64,000 nucleotides of DNA from IMG/VR virus record IMGVR_UViG_3300046314_000711; one strand, written 5' to 3'. Below are positions 10,299-21,008 of the stretch, one piece after another (positions within the stretch are counted from its first letter, which is position 1; every line of letters starts with the position of its first letter). The notes beneath the pieces were generated by a model, which was not told the origin of the DNA, did not search any database, and was given only the letters and a program-made list of their open reading frames with translations. Made by a program: the position numbers and the translations under genes. The DNA comes from a virus.

Positions 10299-11003
10299 AT
10301 GCTAACACTCACGCGACTACCGTCGGTATCATCGTTCGTCATTTCGAGAAATGTGTTTAACGCATCACCAATTAATCGTCGAGGCTTTTTGCTTCGGTAT
10401 TGGTGGTTAACACTTGCCGCACTTGTGATTTCACTAGCTGGTGTTGGTTATGCGTATCAACAAGCGATTGTGTGGTGGAACACTGAAATCTATCTCAAAA
10501 AGCAAGTTGCAGATATTGATACTACTGATCCAGTTCTCACAAACGCGCTCGTTAAATGGATTAAAACTCGTGCATCAGGCGTGCCAAATGTTAATCCAGA
10601 GATGATTCAACAAATTGTGGTTACTGCTTTTCAGGAGAGTGGCGATCGCCAAGTGGATCCGTTATTGACACTTGCTGTTATTACTGCAGAGAGTCGATTC
10701 AACTACATGGCCACTAGTCCAGCAGGAGCAAAGGGATTGATGCAAGTTATCCCATTTTGGCACAAGGATAAAATCAGTGCAGTTGAGGTGTATAACCCAA
10801 CAGCTAACATTAAAGCTGGTACCAAAATCTTGCGTGAATACTTAAATGCGTCAAACGGAGATGTGAACAAAGCTCTACTGATGTACAATGGGTCTGTTGG
10901 TATCCCTGGTGCAAATTACGATAAAAAAGTATTGCAGCACCGTGCTGAACTTTCTAAATTTATAGAGGACCAGATTCGGTTAAGTTATGGAAAAAAAGCC
11001 TAA
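10299..11003 (+). CDS. Membrane-anchored lytic transglycosylase (SLT domain)
   Basis: N-terminal TM helix, AESRFN, GAKGLMQV, ALLMYNG. Confidence 0.9.
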   Translation: MLTLTRLPSVSSFVISRNVFNASPINRRGFLLRYWWLTLAALVISLAGVGYAYQQAIVWWNTEIYLKKQVADIDTTDPVLTNALVKWIKTRASGVPNVNPEMIQQIVVTAFQESGDRQVDPLLTLAVITAESRFNYMATSPAGAKGLMQVIPFWHKDKISAVEVYNPTANIKAGTKILREYLNASNGDVNKALLMYNGSVGIPGANYDKKVLQHRAELSKFIEDQIRLSYGKKA

Positions 11004-11409
11004 AAAATACTCATACCATCGGGATGCGACGCTGCCAAGAAACGGAGAGATATGGGTTTTTGGTAGTAACGCTGCTGGCCGGCACGGTGCAGGTGCTGCA
11101 AAAGCTGCGTTGCAGTATGGTGCAGTGTATGGAGTGGGGGTTGGATTAGTGGGGCAGTCTTATGCACTGCCTACGAAAGACAAATCCATACAGACACTGC
11201 CACTTAATGTAATCAAATCTCACGTCGATGATTTTTTGAAATTTGCAACTAACCACCCCGACCTTATATTTTTTGTTACCAGGATCGCCTGTGGACTTGC
11301 TAATTACGTAGATTCGCAGATCGCTCCTATGTTCGTCAACGCTCCCATCAACTGCAACTTTGCAGAGCAGTGGCAACCATACCTTGAAAATGACACAACT
11401 TCGTTCTAA
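10987..11409 (+). CDS. Conserved phage protein, A1S_2505-family (macrodomain-like)
   Basis: EIWVFGSNAAGRHGAGAA, YALPT, FFVTRIACGLA. Confidence 0.7.
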   Translation: MEKKPKKYSYHRDATLPRNGEIWVFGSNAAGRHGAGAAKAALQYGAVYGVGVGLVGQSYALPTKDKSIQTLPLNVIKSHVDDFLKFATNHPDLIFFVTRIACGLANYVDSQIAPMFVNAPINCNFAEQWQPYLENDTTSF

Positions 11410-11812
11410 CCCAATCGGGCTTGATTTCGAGATTCTCGAGCGAATTACAGCTGGTCTAAAACTCACTGGTGAACAGACTAAAGCGATTGCAGAAAATGAA
11501 TACGATATCCGTGGTGCTCGTGCTGGTAATACGCCTGACGGCTTCTGTGTACTTGGTTTACAGTTTCGTAGCACTACCGAATCTGTCAAGGCACTGTTGC
11601 ATAAAAAAGAAATTGATCGGCTATCTGGGTTGATAACACAACGTGGATTGACGGTAATGGTAGAATCAGTTGCTCACATTCGTGGAAAATTCAAAGTTGT
11701 ACTCGCTGCTTGTAAAGGTAAAACGAAGTTTGATAAACGTGAAGATTCTAAGAATGTGGATATTGATAAACGGTTGCGTAGGGTTGTAAAATCCCAGCAA
11801 ATTTTCGAATAA
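11390..11812 (+). CDS. smpB: SsrA-binding protein (divergent)
   Basis: AGLKLTGEQTKAI, LLHKKEIDRL, KGKTKFDKRE. Confidence 0.85.
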   Translation: MTQLRSNPIGLDFEILERITAGLKLTGEQTKAIAENEYDIRGARAGNTPDGFCVLGLQFRSTTESVKALLHKKEIDRLSGLITQRGLTVMVESVAHIRGKFKVVLAACKGKTKFDKREDSKNVDIDKRLRRVVKSQQIFE

Positions 11813-12159
11813 ATACAGCGAACTAATCTCATTAGGTAATGACAGTAAACCCCAAATCTTCTCGCCCTCACGAAGTTGCAAAACTAGTTGAAGAAGTATC
11901 CCTCCTGACGGACGACGAAGCTTTCTCGTTGCACGGTATTGAGTATTACACCGACGGTACTCTATATGATGATATTGAAGGTATTGAATACGAGTCGCTC
12001 GCAGCTTGGGCTGAGGTTCAGATCTCGATGGCATACGACGCAAAATTTCAAAAGCGTCAAGCTCATCACGCTTACGAAGATTAAATCTGTTGTATACACA
12101 ACAGCATCTACTAGACGATTCCTAATCTCTTTTAAATATCGTGTTGCAATACACGCACT

Positions 12160-12867
12160 ATGTCAATCCAACTAACTCCCCCATCCATTGCAACTGTTAC
12201 AGCGGTTGTTAAGTTTTGCAAACAGTTTTCTGTAGATGTTATAAAACTTACATCTACATCAGCTGCTGCCATTGATGATGTACCGTCTCTGTTCATCATG
12301 TTCGATGGTGTGTCGTATGCTGGCCCTGATTTGCTGATTAATAGGATCCGTGATTTATCTCAACGCCTTACACTTGATGGAGCGACGGTGACTGTTGTAA
12401 CTGGCGGTGCTGAGGACAAACCGAAATCCCTTCAAATTAAATCTGGTAAATCTACATTCGATTTCCGTCTTGCAAACGACCGGTCGAATGATCGGATTCC
12501 AGCAAAGTTCACTGGTTCATTTGCTCAAGAGCTTGAGCTAACTCGAGATGACTTAACTGCAGCAATTAATGCAGCTAGTTCAATTGGTGCTAAACTAATT
12601 ACATTCTCGGGTGACAAACATCTATCACTCTCAGCACTAAGTGAGAGTGAGACGTATACTGCAGTGCTTAGTGACGTTAAAACGAACTCCAAATTCCAAT
12701 ATAACTATACAACAGAATATTTGGCTGCTGTTGATAAAGTGCTACCAAAAACCATCAATACAGTCCTGTTTGATATTACAGCTAAAGGCCACATGCGGGT
12801 CCAATTGCCAACAGAGTTGAAGCAGGTTGCTGCTTCGGTATTTTTACTTGACGTGAAGAATCGCTAA
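12160..12867 (+). CDS. Putative DNA polymerase sliding clamp (gp45-like)
   Basis: 235 aa with a two-domain clamp-like pattern, next to RNase H; weak similarity by eye. Confidence 0.5.
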   Translation: MSIQLTPPSIATVTAVVKFCKQFSVDVIKLTSTSAAAIDDVPSLFIMFDGVSYAGPDLLINRIRDLSQRLTLDGATVTVVTGGAEDKPKSLQIKSGKSTFDFRLANDRSNDRIPAKFTGSFAQELELTRDDLTAAINAASSIGAKLITFSGDKHLSLSALSESETYTAVLSDVKTNSKFQYNYTTEYLAAVDKVLPKTINTVLFDITAKGHMRVQLPTELKQVAASVFLLDVKNR

Positions 12868-12868
12868 T

Positions 12869-13258
12869 ATGTTCTATACAACGAAAATTGCTGATGACCT
12901 CAATGAGAGGTTGCTGACCATTGTTCATAATCTCAATGTCCGCATTGACGAGCTGGAGGCAACAATTCCAACTGCAATCAAGCAAGCTATTGAGGCGCAT
13001 GAACTCAGCAAGGAAGTTCGTGTTCAACGAGCAGCAGATGAACGACATGCCAGTGATGCGCCTTTTGTTGAGGTGATATCGTCTGGATATGATCCAGAAC
13101 TTGGGGTGCAGATGCAGCTTGATTGGAATGCGGCGTTCATCAAGGAACTCAAAGGCAAAGGGTATCGTGGTCGCTCCGAGCGTGACATCGTCAACAAGTG
13201 GTTGGTAGCAACTCATAAACAACTCGCAGAACAGTTTGAACAGGGTGACAAAGTATGA
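12869..13258 (+). CDS. Hypothetical protein
   Basis: 129-aa ORF coupled to neighbours; LDWN.AFI..L...GY.G motif. Confidence 0.7.
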   Translation: MFYTTKIADDLNERLLTIVHNLNVRIDELEATIPTAIKQAIEAHELSKEVRVQRAADERHASDAPFVEVISSGYDPELGVQMQLDWNAAFIKELKGKGYRGRSERDIVNKWLVATHKQLAEQFEQGDKV

Positions 13259-14289
13259 AGGTTGATAACTTATTGTTTGACGTTTCAGGTATGCTGTACC
13301 GCACGTACAATGCACTACAAGCTACACAAGGTCGTACAAACGTGCGTAAGCAGATTTTGGATGATGACGATGATGGTGGTGAAGAACTACCAGATATTGG
13401 TGGAATGGCTCTACACTCCGCTCTACAGTCGATGAATAAATCGTACAAGCAGTTTCAACCAAAACGTGTAGTTGCTTGTTTCGATACGCCTGGTAACTGG
13501 CGCAAGAAATACATGGAGAGTGGTCTATCAGTCTCCCGCTTGAAATACAAGGGACAGCGCCGTAAGGATTTCACTCCTACGCAACTAGCTGCTTATTATA
13601 AATTTCTTGATCACATTAATGAATTTCAAGAAATACTAACGACAATGACTGGGATCATTGTATTGGCGGCTCCACTATTGGAAGCAGATGACTGCATCGC
13701 AGGTTGGGTGCAACAATATCCTGATGAGGTGAATGTCATTCTCACCGGGGATAGTGATATGCACCAATTGATTACTAATACTACTCACGTGTGTGATTAC
13801 AAAACCGCTGAGCTGGTCAAAATGGATGATCCAGAGTTTTATATTTTCGAGAAGTGTTTCCGTGGTGATATGGCCTCCGACAACGTCGCAAGTGCGTACC
13901 CTGGCATTCGCTCTACGAGGTTGAAAAAAGCGTACACAGACAAAATCGAACTCGTCAACATTCTTGAAGAGCAGTGGCACAATCCAGTTGCATACCCTCT
14001 TCCAGATACAGAAGACGATCAACCACGAGTAGTCAAGGTCAAAGAAATCCTCGAAGAAAATCAAATGTTGATCGATTTGAGTAAGCAACCTCCCGCGATT
14101 CGCACACTAATGGAGAAGGTTGTTACTACCAACCGTGATGCAATCAAGAAGTTTGACTTTTGGAAGTTCTCTGCGTTCTGCACAAGAACAAAATTAAAGA
14201 AGATCTCCCAGGACCTTCAAACATTCAGACCACTCTTAATAGGCGGACATGGAATTAAACAGCGACCACTCACTACAACAATTGAATAA
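13255..14289 (+). CDS. T4-like RNase H / 5'-3' flap exonuclease
   Basis: FDVSG, CFD...NWRK, YKGQR, EADD, TGDSDMHQL, GDMASDNV. Confidence 0.9.
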   Translation: MKVDNLLFDVSGMLYRTYNALQATQGRTNVRKQILDDDDDGGEELPDIGGMALHSALQSMNKSYKQFQPKRVVACFDTPGNWRKKYMESGLSVSRLKYKGQRRKDFTPTQLAAYYKFLDHINEFQEILTTMTGIIVLAAPLLEADDCIAGWVQQYPDEVNVILTGDSDMHQLITNTTHVCDYKTAELVKMDDPEFYIFEKCFRGDMASDNVASAYPGIRSTRLKKAYTDKIELVNILEEQWHNPVAYPLPDTEDDQPRVVKVKEILEENQMLIDLSKQPPAIRTLMEKVVTTNRDAIKKFDFWKFSAFCTRTKLKKISQDLQTFRPLLIGGHGIKQRPLTTTIE

Positions 14290-14458
14290 AGCAGTTGAGC
14301 AGATGCCAGCATTGTGGGCTGCGTGCCGTGACGATCCAGCAAATCTAAATCACTTGTACACACTACTGGGAAGTGTTATAGTGTCTCTGGTTTCGATCAA
14401 CGACCGACTTTCATCAACTACTAATAAGTAAACTAATCTTTTACCAAAATAATCACAA

Positions 14459-14815
14459 ATGACATACGATAACCGCGACCCGATTGAAATTCCAATTGAA
14501 ACAGAAGAGCAAGCTCAATTACTTGAGATGATGTTTCGAGAAAAAGCAGTAGCAAAAGTAAACGCAAACCTAATTGCTCTTGATGGGATTTCTAAACCTG
14601 AAGACGTTCCAGTAGACGGGATTGAGTGCCAGCAGTGTGGGGATGATGTGCCCGCTGATCGAGTTAAAGCATTGATGTGCACAGTCCAAGTCGGTGAGAA
14701 ACAAATCTGGAAAGCAAATCCAAACGCATTGATTTGTGTACACTGTGCTACAAAAAATGAAAAAACAGGGAAGCAATTCTGGCATGGCGCAAAAGAAGAA
14801 TCCAATCCTTTCTAA
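14459..14815 (+). CDS. DksA/TraR-like C4 zinc-finger protein
   Basis: ECQQCGDDVPADR...ICVHCA preceded by a helical region. Confidence 0.65.
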   Translation: MTYDNRDPIEIPIETEEQAQLLEMMFREKAVAKVNANLIALDGISKPEDVPVDGIECQQCGDDVPADRVKALMCTVQVGEKQIWKANPNALICVHCATKNEKTGKQFWHGAKEESNPF

Positions 14816-15200
14816 GCTGCAAAAAGAGCTTGCGAAGCCCGCACGCCCTTCTAAATTAATTGCACTAAAGCGCACATTAACGAAGAAAGCGAATAAGACG
14901 CAGTTGAAGCCAAACATGCACAACATGAGTGATTTCAAAGATGCTACGGCAATGGCACTATCAGACAAGTTTCCATTTGGAAAGTATAAGGACAAGACCC
15001 TCCGACACATTATCAAGACAGACCCAATGTGGTTATCGTGGATAATGAATAACTCAGACGGACGTATTCGATTGTGTAGTGAAGCACAAAAGCAGATGGT
15101 AATGTTTGCTGTGGCAGAGTCTGCGGATATCCCAGATGGTGATGAGACGGATATTGAAGTTGGTGAATGGGGTGGTGTAGCATATGAAGACACATTTTAA
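14784..15200 (+). CDS. Hypothetical protein with FGKYK motif (DUF3820-like)
   Basis: FPFGKYKDKTL..I...DP.WL.W. Confidence 0.55.
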   Translation: MAQKKNPILSKLQKELAKPARPSKLIALKRTLTKKANKTQLKPNMHNMSDFKDATAMALSDKFPFGKYKDKTLRHIIKTDPMWLSWIMNNSDGRIRLCSEAQKQMVMFAVAESADIPDGDETDIEVGEWGGVAYEDTF

Positions 15201-15208
15201 GGAAAACT

Positions 15209-15571
15209 ATGACAGTAGCAAAAACATATATTAAAGTTCGTACAGAGTTCGAAGGATTTCACTTTTATCCTGGTGCTGGTAAAATTGACCCTCGAATCAC
15301 ATTTCTCGAAAAAGAGCATAGACACATGTTCAAGGTAGAGGTCAAAATCTCCGTCACCCACCAAGATCGTGAGTTGGAATTTTTTTTAACTAAATGGGCA
15401 TTGCAGGAGTTTATCCAAGCAGGTAACCAAAACCATATGTCTTGTGAAATGATAGCGACTAACATTTTGCAAAATCACCTGATTCCAACGTATGGTGACC
15501 ACCGTTACTACGAAATTGTCGTATCGGAAGACGGCGAATCGGATGGAATCGTCGAATGGGTGGGTACATGA
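15209..15571 (+). CDS. QueD-like (6-pyruvoyl-tetrahydropterin synthase-like) protein
   Basis: FEGFH, HRHMF, DRELEF, SCEM, VSEDGE. Confidence 0.65.
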   Translation: MTVAKTYIKVRTEFEGFHFYPGAGKIDPRITFLEKEHRHMFKVEVKISVTHQDRELEFFLTKWALQEFIQAGNQNHMSCEMIATNILQNHLIPTYGDHRYYEIVVSEDGESDGIVEWVGT

Positions 15572-16023
15572 GTTACGATCGTCCTCAAGTATGGCGAGCA
15601 GGCGCTGTTCCGTACGCAGTTGACCCTGACACAGGTGAAATTGAGATGTTGTTCATGGTACCAGCTAGTACTGACTACAACAAAGATATTCCTGAATTGA
15701 CAATGCCGCAGATCGCAAAAGGTCGCATCGAGCGGTTTGAAAATCCACTCCCAGCAGCTATCAGGGAGTGCATTGAAGAATTAGGTTTGGTCGAAGCAAA
15801 CATTGAAACGATCATTGAAGGCGGGGTGGTATTAGGTCGCACCCACATCTATGCATTTAAGGTAAGGGATAAATCAAACTTTATCGATTTCTCCAGCGAA
15901 ACTGCATCCACACTGTGGTTGACCCACGATCAATTTATGGATACTGGTCGCGAGTTGCATAGGTCTGTGGTAGATAGTTTACACAATCAAATGGTAGAGA
16001 AATACTTCACCGAGCTCGCGTAG
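15568..16023 (+). CDS. NUDIX hydrolase
   Basis: KGRIERFENPLPAAIRECIEELG Nudix box. Confidence 0.85.
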   Translation: MSYDRPQVWRAGAVPYAVDPDTGEIEMLFMVPASTDYNKDIPELTMPQIAKGRIERFENPLPAAIRECIEELGLVEANIETIIEGGVVLGRTHIYAFKVRDKSNFIDFSSETASTLWLTHDQFMDTGRELHRSVVDSLHNQMVEKYFTELA

Positions 16024-16062
16024 TCATAAATATCGAAATACCTCGTATTTTAAAGGACTTTT

Positions 16063-17427
16063 ATGAAATTATTACAAACACTTGTTGAGGCTGTTGCTTC
16101 AAAATCGAAAATGGCTGCACAAGCCATTTTGCGTGATCAGGAGAAACTGGACTTTATCTCTAGTATGGCTGCACAACACCTTAAGAAAACATTTGGCGAC
16201 GATTTGCTCGATACTCCAATGGCGATGATCACTCAGCAAGCTCGTTCGTATCTTGATGCTACTCTCGAGACTCGGTTGAATAGGGGCGATCTCGAGCAAG
16301 TTACAATGGCAGTTGTTGGTCAACTTCGTTCTCATTTAGGTGAAAGCGCAGATGTCGAGCTGACTGAAGGTAAATTGGCTGAACTTGATCTTGATTTTGA
16401 CGAGTTGAGTGGTTCAGAGTTTAAGAAAAAGTACAAGTGTACCAAAGCTGAAATGCGCAAGAAGGTTTCGGAGAGTGACGGTGTGACGGAAGATGGTGGT
16501 GAAGAACTCGAAGAGGCCATCGGCGATCAATCTGTACTTGGTACTCCTGGCCAAGAGCAATCTGTTGAGACGGTGTTTCACCTAATCCTTGCAGATGATA
16601 TTGATGCGTATGACGTGATGACTCGTCCGCAAGGTCCAATGCAACGTCAAGCTGCAAAGATTATTCAACGCATGTACGACAGCCATGCAGAAGGCACTGG
16701 CTTACATGGTGACGACGACGTAGAGCAAATCATGCTCAATGTCTATGAGGATATTGAAATGACCTACGGTGAAGGTGCTGGTCAATCTCCATTTGAATCT
16801 GTCCAGGAAAGTGCTTCAGATCAATATGACGTGACAGACGAGAATGCTCCTCGTAGTGATACCTATTTCACTGGTACTCGCAGTGAGTGCAACGCATGGA
16901 TTAAACAAAATCGCAATAACGACGCATATGCAGATTGTGAATTTAGTGCGATTCCTAGTGACGACAGTGAGGAGTTGGAAGAAGCAACTCGTGGCCGTCC
17001 TCGTAAAAATCCTCCGAAGGAAGAAAAAGTTCCTGGTAAGCGCGGCCGTCCAGCAAAAACTACAGCTATTTCTAAACCTGCTGCTAAAAAAGTTGATGAT
17101 AGTGACGAAGATGACGATAAGAAAAAAGTATCTTCCAAAGCACTTGCTAAATCAATGGAAAATGATGATGGCGAAGATGACGCTGATGCAAAAAAAGCTG
17201 ACTCTGCTGCGAAAGATGCTCCAAAGAAAATTGTCGATACGTCTATCAAGCCAGATCAATTAAACAACGCCAATAAAAAGCTATCCAAGCAAATCCAACA
17301 TGCTGTCCACACATCAAGTGCGACATCGGCATTTGAATTAAGTAAGGAATTACGCTCTACATTTAAAAACATATCCTCAGAAGAGGTTAAACAAGCGTGT
17401 GTGATTTGGAAATCTGAAAATAACTAA
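16063..17427 (+). CDS. Probable internal head protein; acidic, with AT-hook-like motifs
   Basis: TAAATA and RBS upstream; LVEA, LGES, LTEG and LEEA motifs; RGRPRK and KRGRPAK. Confidence 0.55.
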   Translation: MKLLQTLVEAVASKSKMAAQAILRDQEKLDFISSMAAQHLKKTFGDDLLDTPMAMITQQARSYLDATLETRLNRGDLEQVTMAVVGQLRSHLGESADVELTEGKLAELDLDFDELSGSEFKKKYKCTKAEMRKKVSESDGVTEDGGEELEEAIGDQSVLGTPGQEQSVETVFHLILADDIDAYDVMTRPQGPMQRQAAKIIQRMYDSHAEGTGLHGDDDVEQIMLNVYEDIEMTYGEGAGQSPFESVQESASDQYDVTDENAPRSDTYFTGTRSECNAWIKQNRNNDAYADCEFSAIPSDDSEELEEATRGRPRKNPPKEEKVPGKRGRPAKTTAISKPAAKKVDDSDEDDDKKKVSSKALAKSMENDDGEDDADAKKADSAAKDAPKKIVDTSIKPDQLNNANKKLSKQIQHAVHTSSATSAFELSKELRSTFKNISSEEVKQACVIWKSENN

Positions 17428-17449
17428 CAGAAAAGTTAGATATTGTTAC

Positions 17450-17482
17450 AAGTACAGGCTCATTGATGAGCCTGTACTTTTT
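17450..17482 (+). terminator. Intrinsic terminator
   Basis: AAGTACAGGCTCA...TGAGCCTGTACTT plus T run. Confidence 0.75.
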
Positions 17483-17776
17483 GCTGATGTTGGTTGTACC
17501 CATATAAATAGAATTGCCCCTAAAATAGTCATAGGAGATATCGAATGGCGCTTTTATTCCGCATCGCAAAATATGCATTCCACCAGGTTATCGTTACAAT
17601 CAATGGTATTGATACAGATGTTGTAACTGCCGAAGGTCACACAATCATCATCAGCAATTAGCAAATTGCGACTCTTGATAAAGCACCTATACTGGGTGCT
17701 TTTCCCGTTGCAGATTTACAATCCACTATAGCCCCCTATTGTGATAAAGTGTACTATTTGAGATGAGTAAATACTG

Positions 17777-18160
17777 ATGACTACAGCAAACTTTTACACT
17801 TCTATGGATTATACATATAAAATTTTACGGTCTAGTAAGGAATTCAACGTCATGGAGGTTGAGTTTAGTGCAGTTGATTGTGAAACAGTTGTTGCAGGAA
17901 TGCCACTTCCAGTTGAGGGACAAAACTACGTAGATATCATTAAAGCTTACGCTCCTACTCATCACTGGACCCGAGCGAAGCAGGTGACTGTTGATGTGCC
18001 TGTTGGTGAGGTTGGTACCCTGAATGCATCACCTCAGCAACTACCAACTACTCAGCAATCAGTCATCTCACCAGTAATAACACCAGATGAGCGTGCTGTT
18101 GTGGAATTGCGTGCACAAATTCAGCATGTGCTAGCTGATATGGCAGGGAGTGTTGTATGA
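17777..18160 (+). CDS. Hypothetical protein
   Basis: ORF after TAAATA, overlapping the next gene. Confidence 0.65.
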   Translation: MTTANFYTSMDYTYKILRSSKEFNVMEVEFSAVDCETVVAGMPLPVEGQNYVDIIKAYAPTHHWTRAKQVTVDVPVGEVGTLNASPQQLPTTQQSVISPVITPDERAVVELRAQIQHVLADMAGSVV

Positions 18161-18654
18161 TATGTAAACCAGTAGCAGCATTTGGCTATGTTGTATTCTT
18201 AGCATCACTAGTGGATGGTGAGGTACATACGGTTAATATCACATCACAAGATGGTGCGTATACTAATGGGTATTACTACTACTATGAAGGTCTCGCGAAG
18301 TTTCATTCAGTTGATACTAATACTGACTTGCCAGATCGAACGATAGGTTGGTTGAATAAAGAACATTCTGATGCAGGTACAACAGCTCCTGGTACCGTCT
18401 CGATTACTGCTGTGGGTGATACGTCTTGGGTGTGCATCCCACTAACACACAACGTATCGCTTCCCCCTAGTCTAACCAGCCTCACTCTATCTTCTAGCGA
18501 CACCGGAACATTCGCACAAGGTTCGGACTTGTTTTTGGTGAAAGGCAGCGTAACTGTTGCCGGTAGGGTGTTTGTTGGTCCTGCTCAAATTCGTGTTCGA
18601 TCGGGAGATGTGCAGTACACTCCCACTGAACCATCACATTTACTGAAGTTCTGA
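18157..18654 (+). CDS. Hypothetical protein (beta-rich, possibly cupin-like)
   Basis: ATGA-coupled ORF. Confidence 0.6.
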   Translation: MICKPVAAFGYVVFLASLVDGEVHTVNITSQDGAYTNGYYYYYEGLAKFHSVDTNTDLPDRTIGWLNKEHSDAGTTAPGTVSITAVGDTSWVCIPLTHNVSLPPSLTSLTLSSSDTGTFAQGSDLFLVKGSVTVAGRVFVGPAQIRVRSGDVQYTPTEPSHLLKF

Positions 18655-18655
18655 C

Positions 18656-19396
18656 ATGCAAACGCACACTTGGCACCGCACTGTAGTATCACTGGTCGGT
18701 ACTGCAGTGTGCATACAACAGTTGTGGGTTAGTGCACCCTGGTATCTATTCGCAGTTTCGTACTTGATATATTATGCAATCGCAATTGCCTCTACAGTCG
18801 GGTACCACCGTCTCTTCAACCACAACACATTTAAATGCAAGCAACGGTGGCACTGGTTATTTGGTATAATCGGATGCATTGGACTTAATTCAAGTCCATT
18901 TCACTGGTCTGTGGTACACTCAGGTCACCACAAGTACTCGGATACGGTAAGCGACCCATACGACTCGTCTTGGAGGTTTTTCTTCCGTCTGAAAGACAGG
19001 TCACTCAAAGTTTTCAGAAATGATATTAGGTTAGCACGACAACCACTCCATGTGTTTTTCGTTGATCACTCTTTCACGATCAGCTTACTATATGCAACAA
19101 GCGCGTATTTTTTATTTGGTTGGATGGGATTGGCATTTCTATACTTCATTCCTGTCGGACTGTATATAATGGGCGTAGGTGTGCACACACTAAATGCTCA
19201 TAAGGACAGTGGTCCGCGTAACATATGGTGGATGGAGTTCATTGTCCCGATGGGTGGAGAATGGTTGCATCAAACTCATCACCAGAAGCCTTGGTTAGAA
19301 AACTTTAAGACGGAACAATTTCACTATGACATCGGATACACCATCATCAACCTCATTAGAACCGATAAACGACATTCCGGAACTTCACGCACTTGA
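18656..19396 (+). CDS. Fatty-acid (delta-9-type) desaturase
   Basis: His boxes YHRLFNH, HSGHHKYSD, GEWLHQTHH; TM segments. Confidence 0.9.
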   Translation: MQTHTWHRTVVSLVGTAVCIQQLWVSAPWYLFAVSYLIYYAIAIASTVGYHRLFNHNTFKCKQRWHWLFGIIGCIGLNSSPFHWSVVHSGHHKYSDTVSDPYDSSWRFFFRLKDRSLKVFRNDIRLARQPLHVFFVDHSFTISLLYATSAYFLFGWMGLAFLYFIPVGLYIMGVGVHTLNAHKDSGPRNIWWMEFIVPMGGEWLHQTHHQKPWLENFKTEQFHYDIGYTIINLIRTDKRHSGTSRT

Positions 19397-19568
19397 TGTG
19401 CAATATAAAACATCAATGATTGCCAAGCGTCCAACAACCTGGGACTTATCGTTTACTACACCACCATTGCTGTACTCTGCTGATAATATAGCAGCATTGT
19501 TAACGAAATTGCAGCCGTAAACTACTGCCGAATCTTTAGTTCGGCAGTTTCACGCCGCTCACACATAT

Positions 19569-20516
19569 ATGAAATACTATTACCACAGAGGTGGGTTATG
19601 TCCCACTATGACATCTCCAGACCATGCTGTCAACATAATCGATCGAACGCAGACGATACTACCTAACAGCTCAATAGCAGTATACACACCTATTGGCAAG
19701 TTAATAACGCCAAAATCAGTTGCTGAGTTATTTCACACTCGTGCATCGGAGATTATCACAATAGCAGCTGGCCGTAAAATTGCTGTAGCTTGGAGTGGAG
19801 GAATTGACTCTACATCTATTCTTGTTGAATTTTTAAAACTCGTACCGAATGATCAGCTGATGGTATTGTTGAACGACTTTTCCATTCGCGAGTATCCGGA
19901 CTTCTACACTCGATACATCGATGGTAAAATAGAACAGCGCTTGTTTGATTTATACTCCGACAATTTTATGGATACGTACATTGACGATTGTGTTATTGTC
20001 ACTGGTATTTTGTTCGATAGGGTAATGGGGGATTCCTTGTTCCATGCGCTAACAGAAGAAGATTTAAAAATGTCCACAGCATCTTTTCTAAATTCTGTCA
20101 ATGCGACAAGCAGAGAGATGTATTCCACCCTGTTTGCTGCGTGTCCTCGTCCGTTAGAGACTCTCAAAGATATAAGTTGGTGGCAGAGCTATGCGCTCAA
20201 CTGGCAAAGTGGAGAAATGGTTTGGTTGCTATTGAGTGAAAAGTTGCGTCTCGAATCTAATATGTTTAATTTTTGCACCAGCCCGGATTGGAATGATTAT
20301 GCTGTATCAGCTCCCATGGAGGAGAAGTGGCCAGGATACCAGCAAAAACACTACAAATGGCCTTTGAAACAACACATATTTGAGTTTACACACGATAGTC
20401 AATATCGTGATAATAAATGTAAAGTTTTTTCATGGCGGCGGTATCGAACACCAGAGCAATGGAAAAAAATTCCAATTTATATTACAACTGACTGGAAACG
20501 AGGATATGCAGCATGA
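19569..20516 (+). CDS. PP-loop ATPase (asparagine synthase/QueC-like)
   Basis: AVAWSGGIDST. Confidence 0.65.
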   Translation: MKYYYHRGGLCPTMTSPDHAVNIIDRTQTILPNSSIAVYTPIGKLITPKSVAELFHTRASEIITIAAGRKIAVAWSGGIDSTSILVEFLKLVPNDQLMVLLNDFSIREYPDFYTRYIDGKIEQRLFDLYSDNFMDTYIDDCVIVTGILFDRVMGDSLFHALTEEDLKMSTASFLNSVNATSREMYSTLFAACPRPLETLKDISWWQSYALNWQSGEMVWLLLSEKLRLESNMFNFCTSPDWNDYAVSAPMEEKWPGYQQKHYKWPLKQHIFEFTHDSQYRDNKCKVFSWRRYRTPEQWKKIPIYITTDWKRGYAA

Positions 20517-20971
20517 ATACAAATATTGAGTTCAAGCGAGAAAGATTGAATGCGATCCGGCCACATATCGACGGATTGTTAGACTTTAACTACGATGAGC
20601 TCACGCTCAACAAGCACGTTATTAAACTCAATCCTGACTGGGTTAAGTATGATCAATTAGAACAAGAAAACAAGTTGATTATTTTCACAGTTCGCCACTC
20701 GGGTGTGTTAGTTGGGTACAGTTTTTTTATAGTTGATACACACCTACACTATAAAGATTTGGTCGTTGCTAATAATGATGTGTTGTTCATTCGTAAGGAC
20801 TATCGGCAGGGGATGCTTGGGATTAAATTTCTGAAGTTTTGTGACGCTGAATTACATCATGTCGATAAGATTGTGTGGCACGTGAAAGACGCTAATGATT
20901 TTAAACCTATTCTACATAGAATGGGGTATAAAAACGAAGATACTCTAGTGGGAAAGTTGCGCGTAGGGTAA
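20513..20971 (+). CDS. GNAT-family acetyltransferase
   Basis: NDVLFIRKDYRQGMLG...LHRMGY. Confidence 0.75.
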   Translation: MNTNIEFKRERLNAIRPHIDGLLDFNYDELTLNKHVIKLNPDWVKYDQLEQENKLIIFTVRHSGVLVGYSFFIVDTHLHYKDLVVANNDVLFIRKDYRQGMLGIKFLKFCDAELHHVDKIVWHVKDANDFKPILHRMGYKNEDTLVGKLRVG

Positions 20972-21008
20972 TGTTAGTGCCGGCCCAGTAAATATTGTTA
21001 TATTTGCT

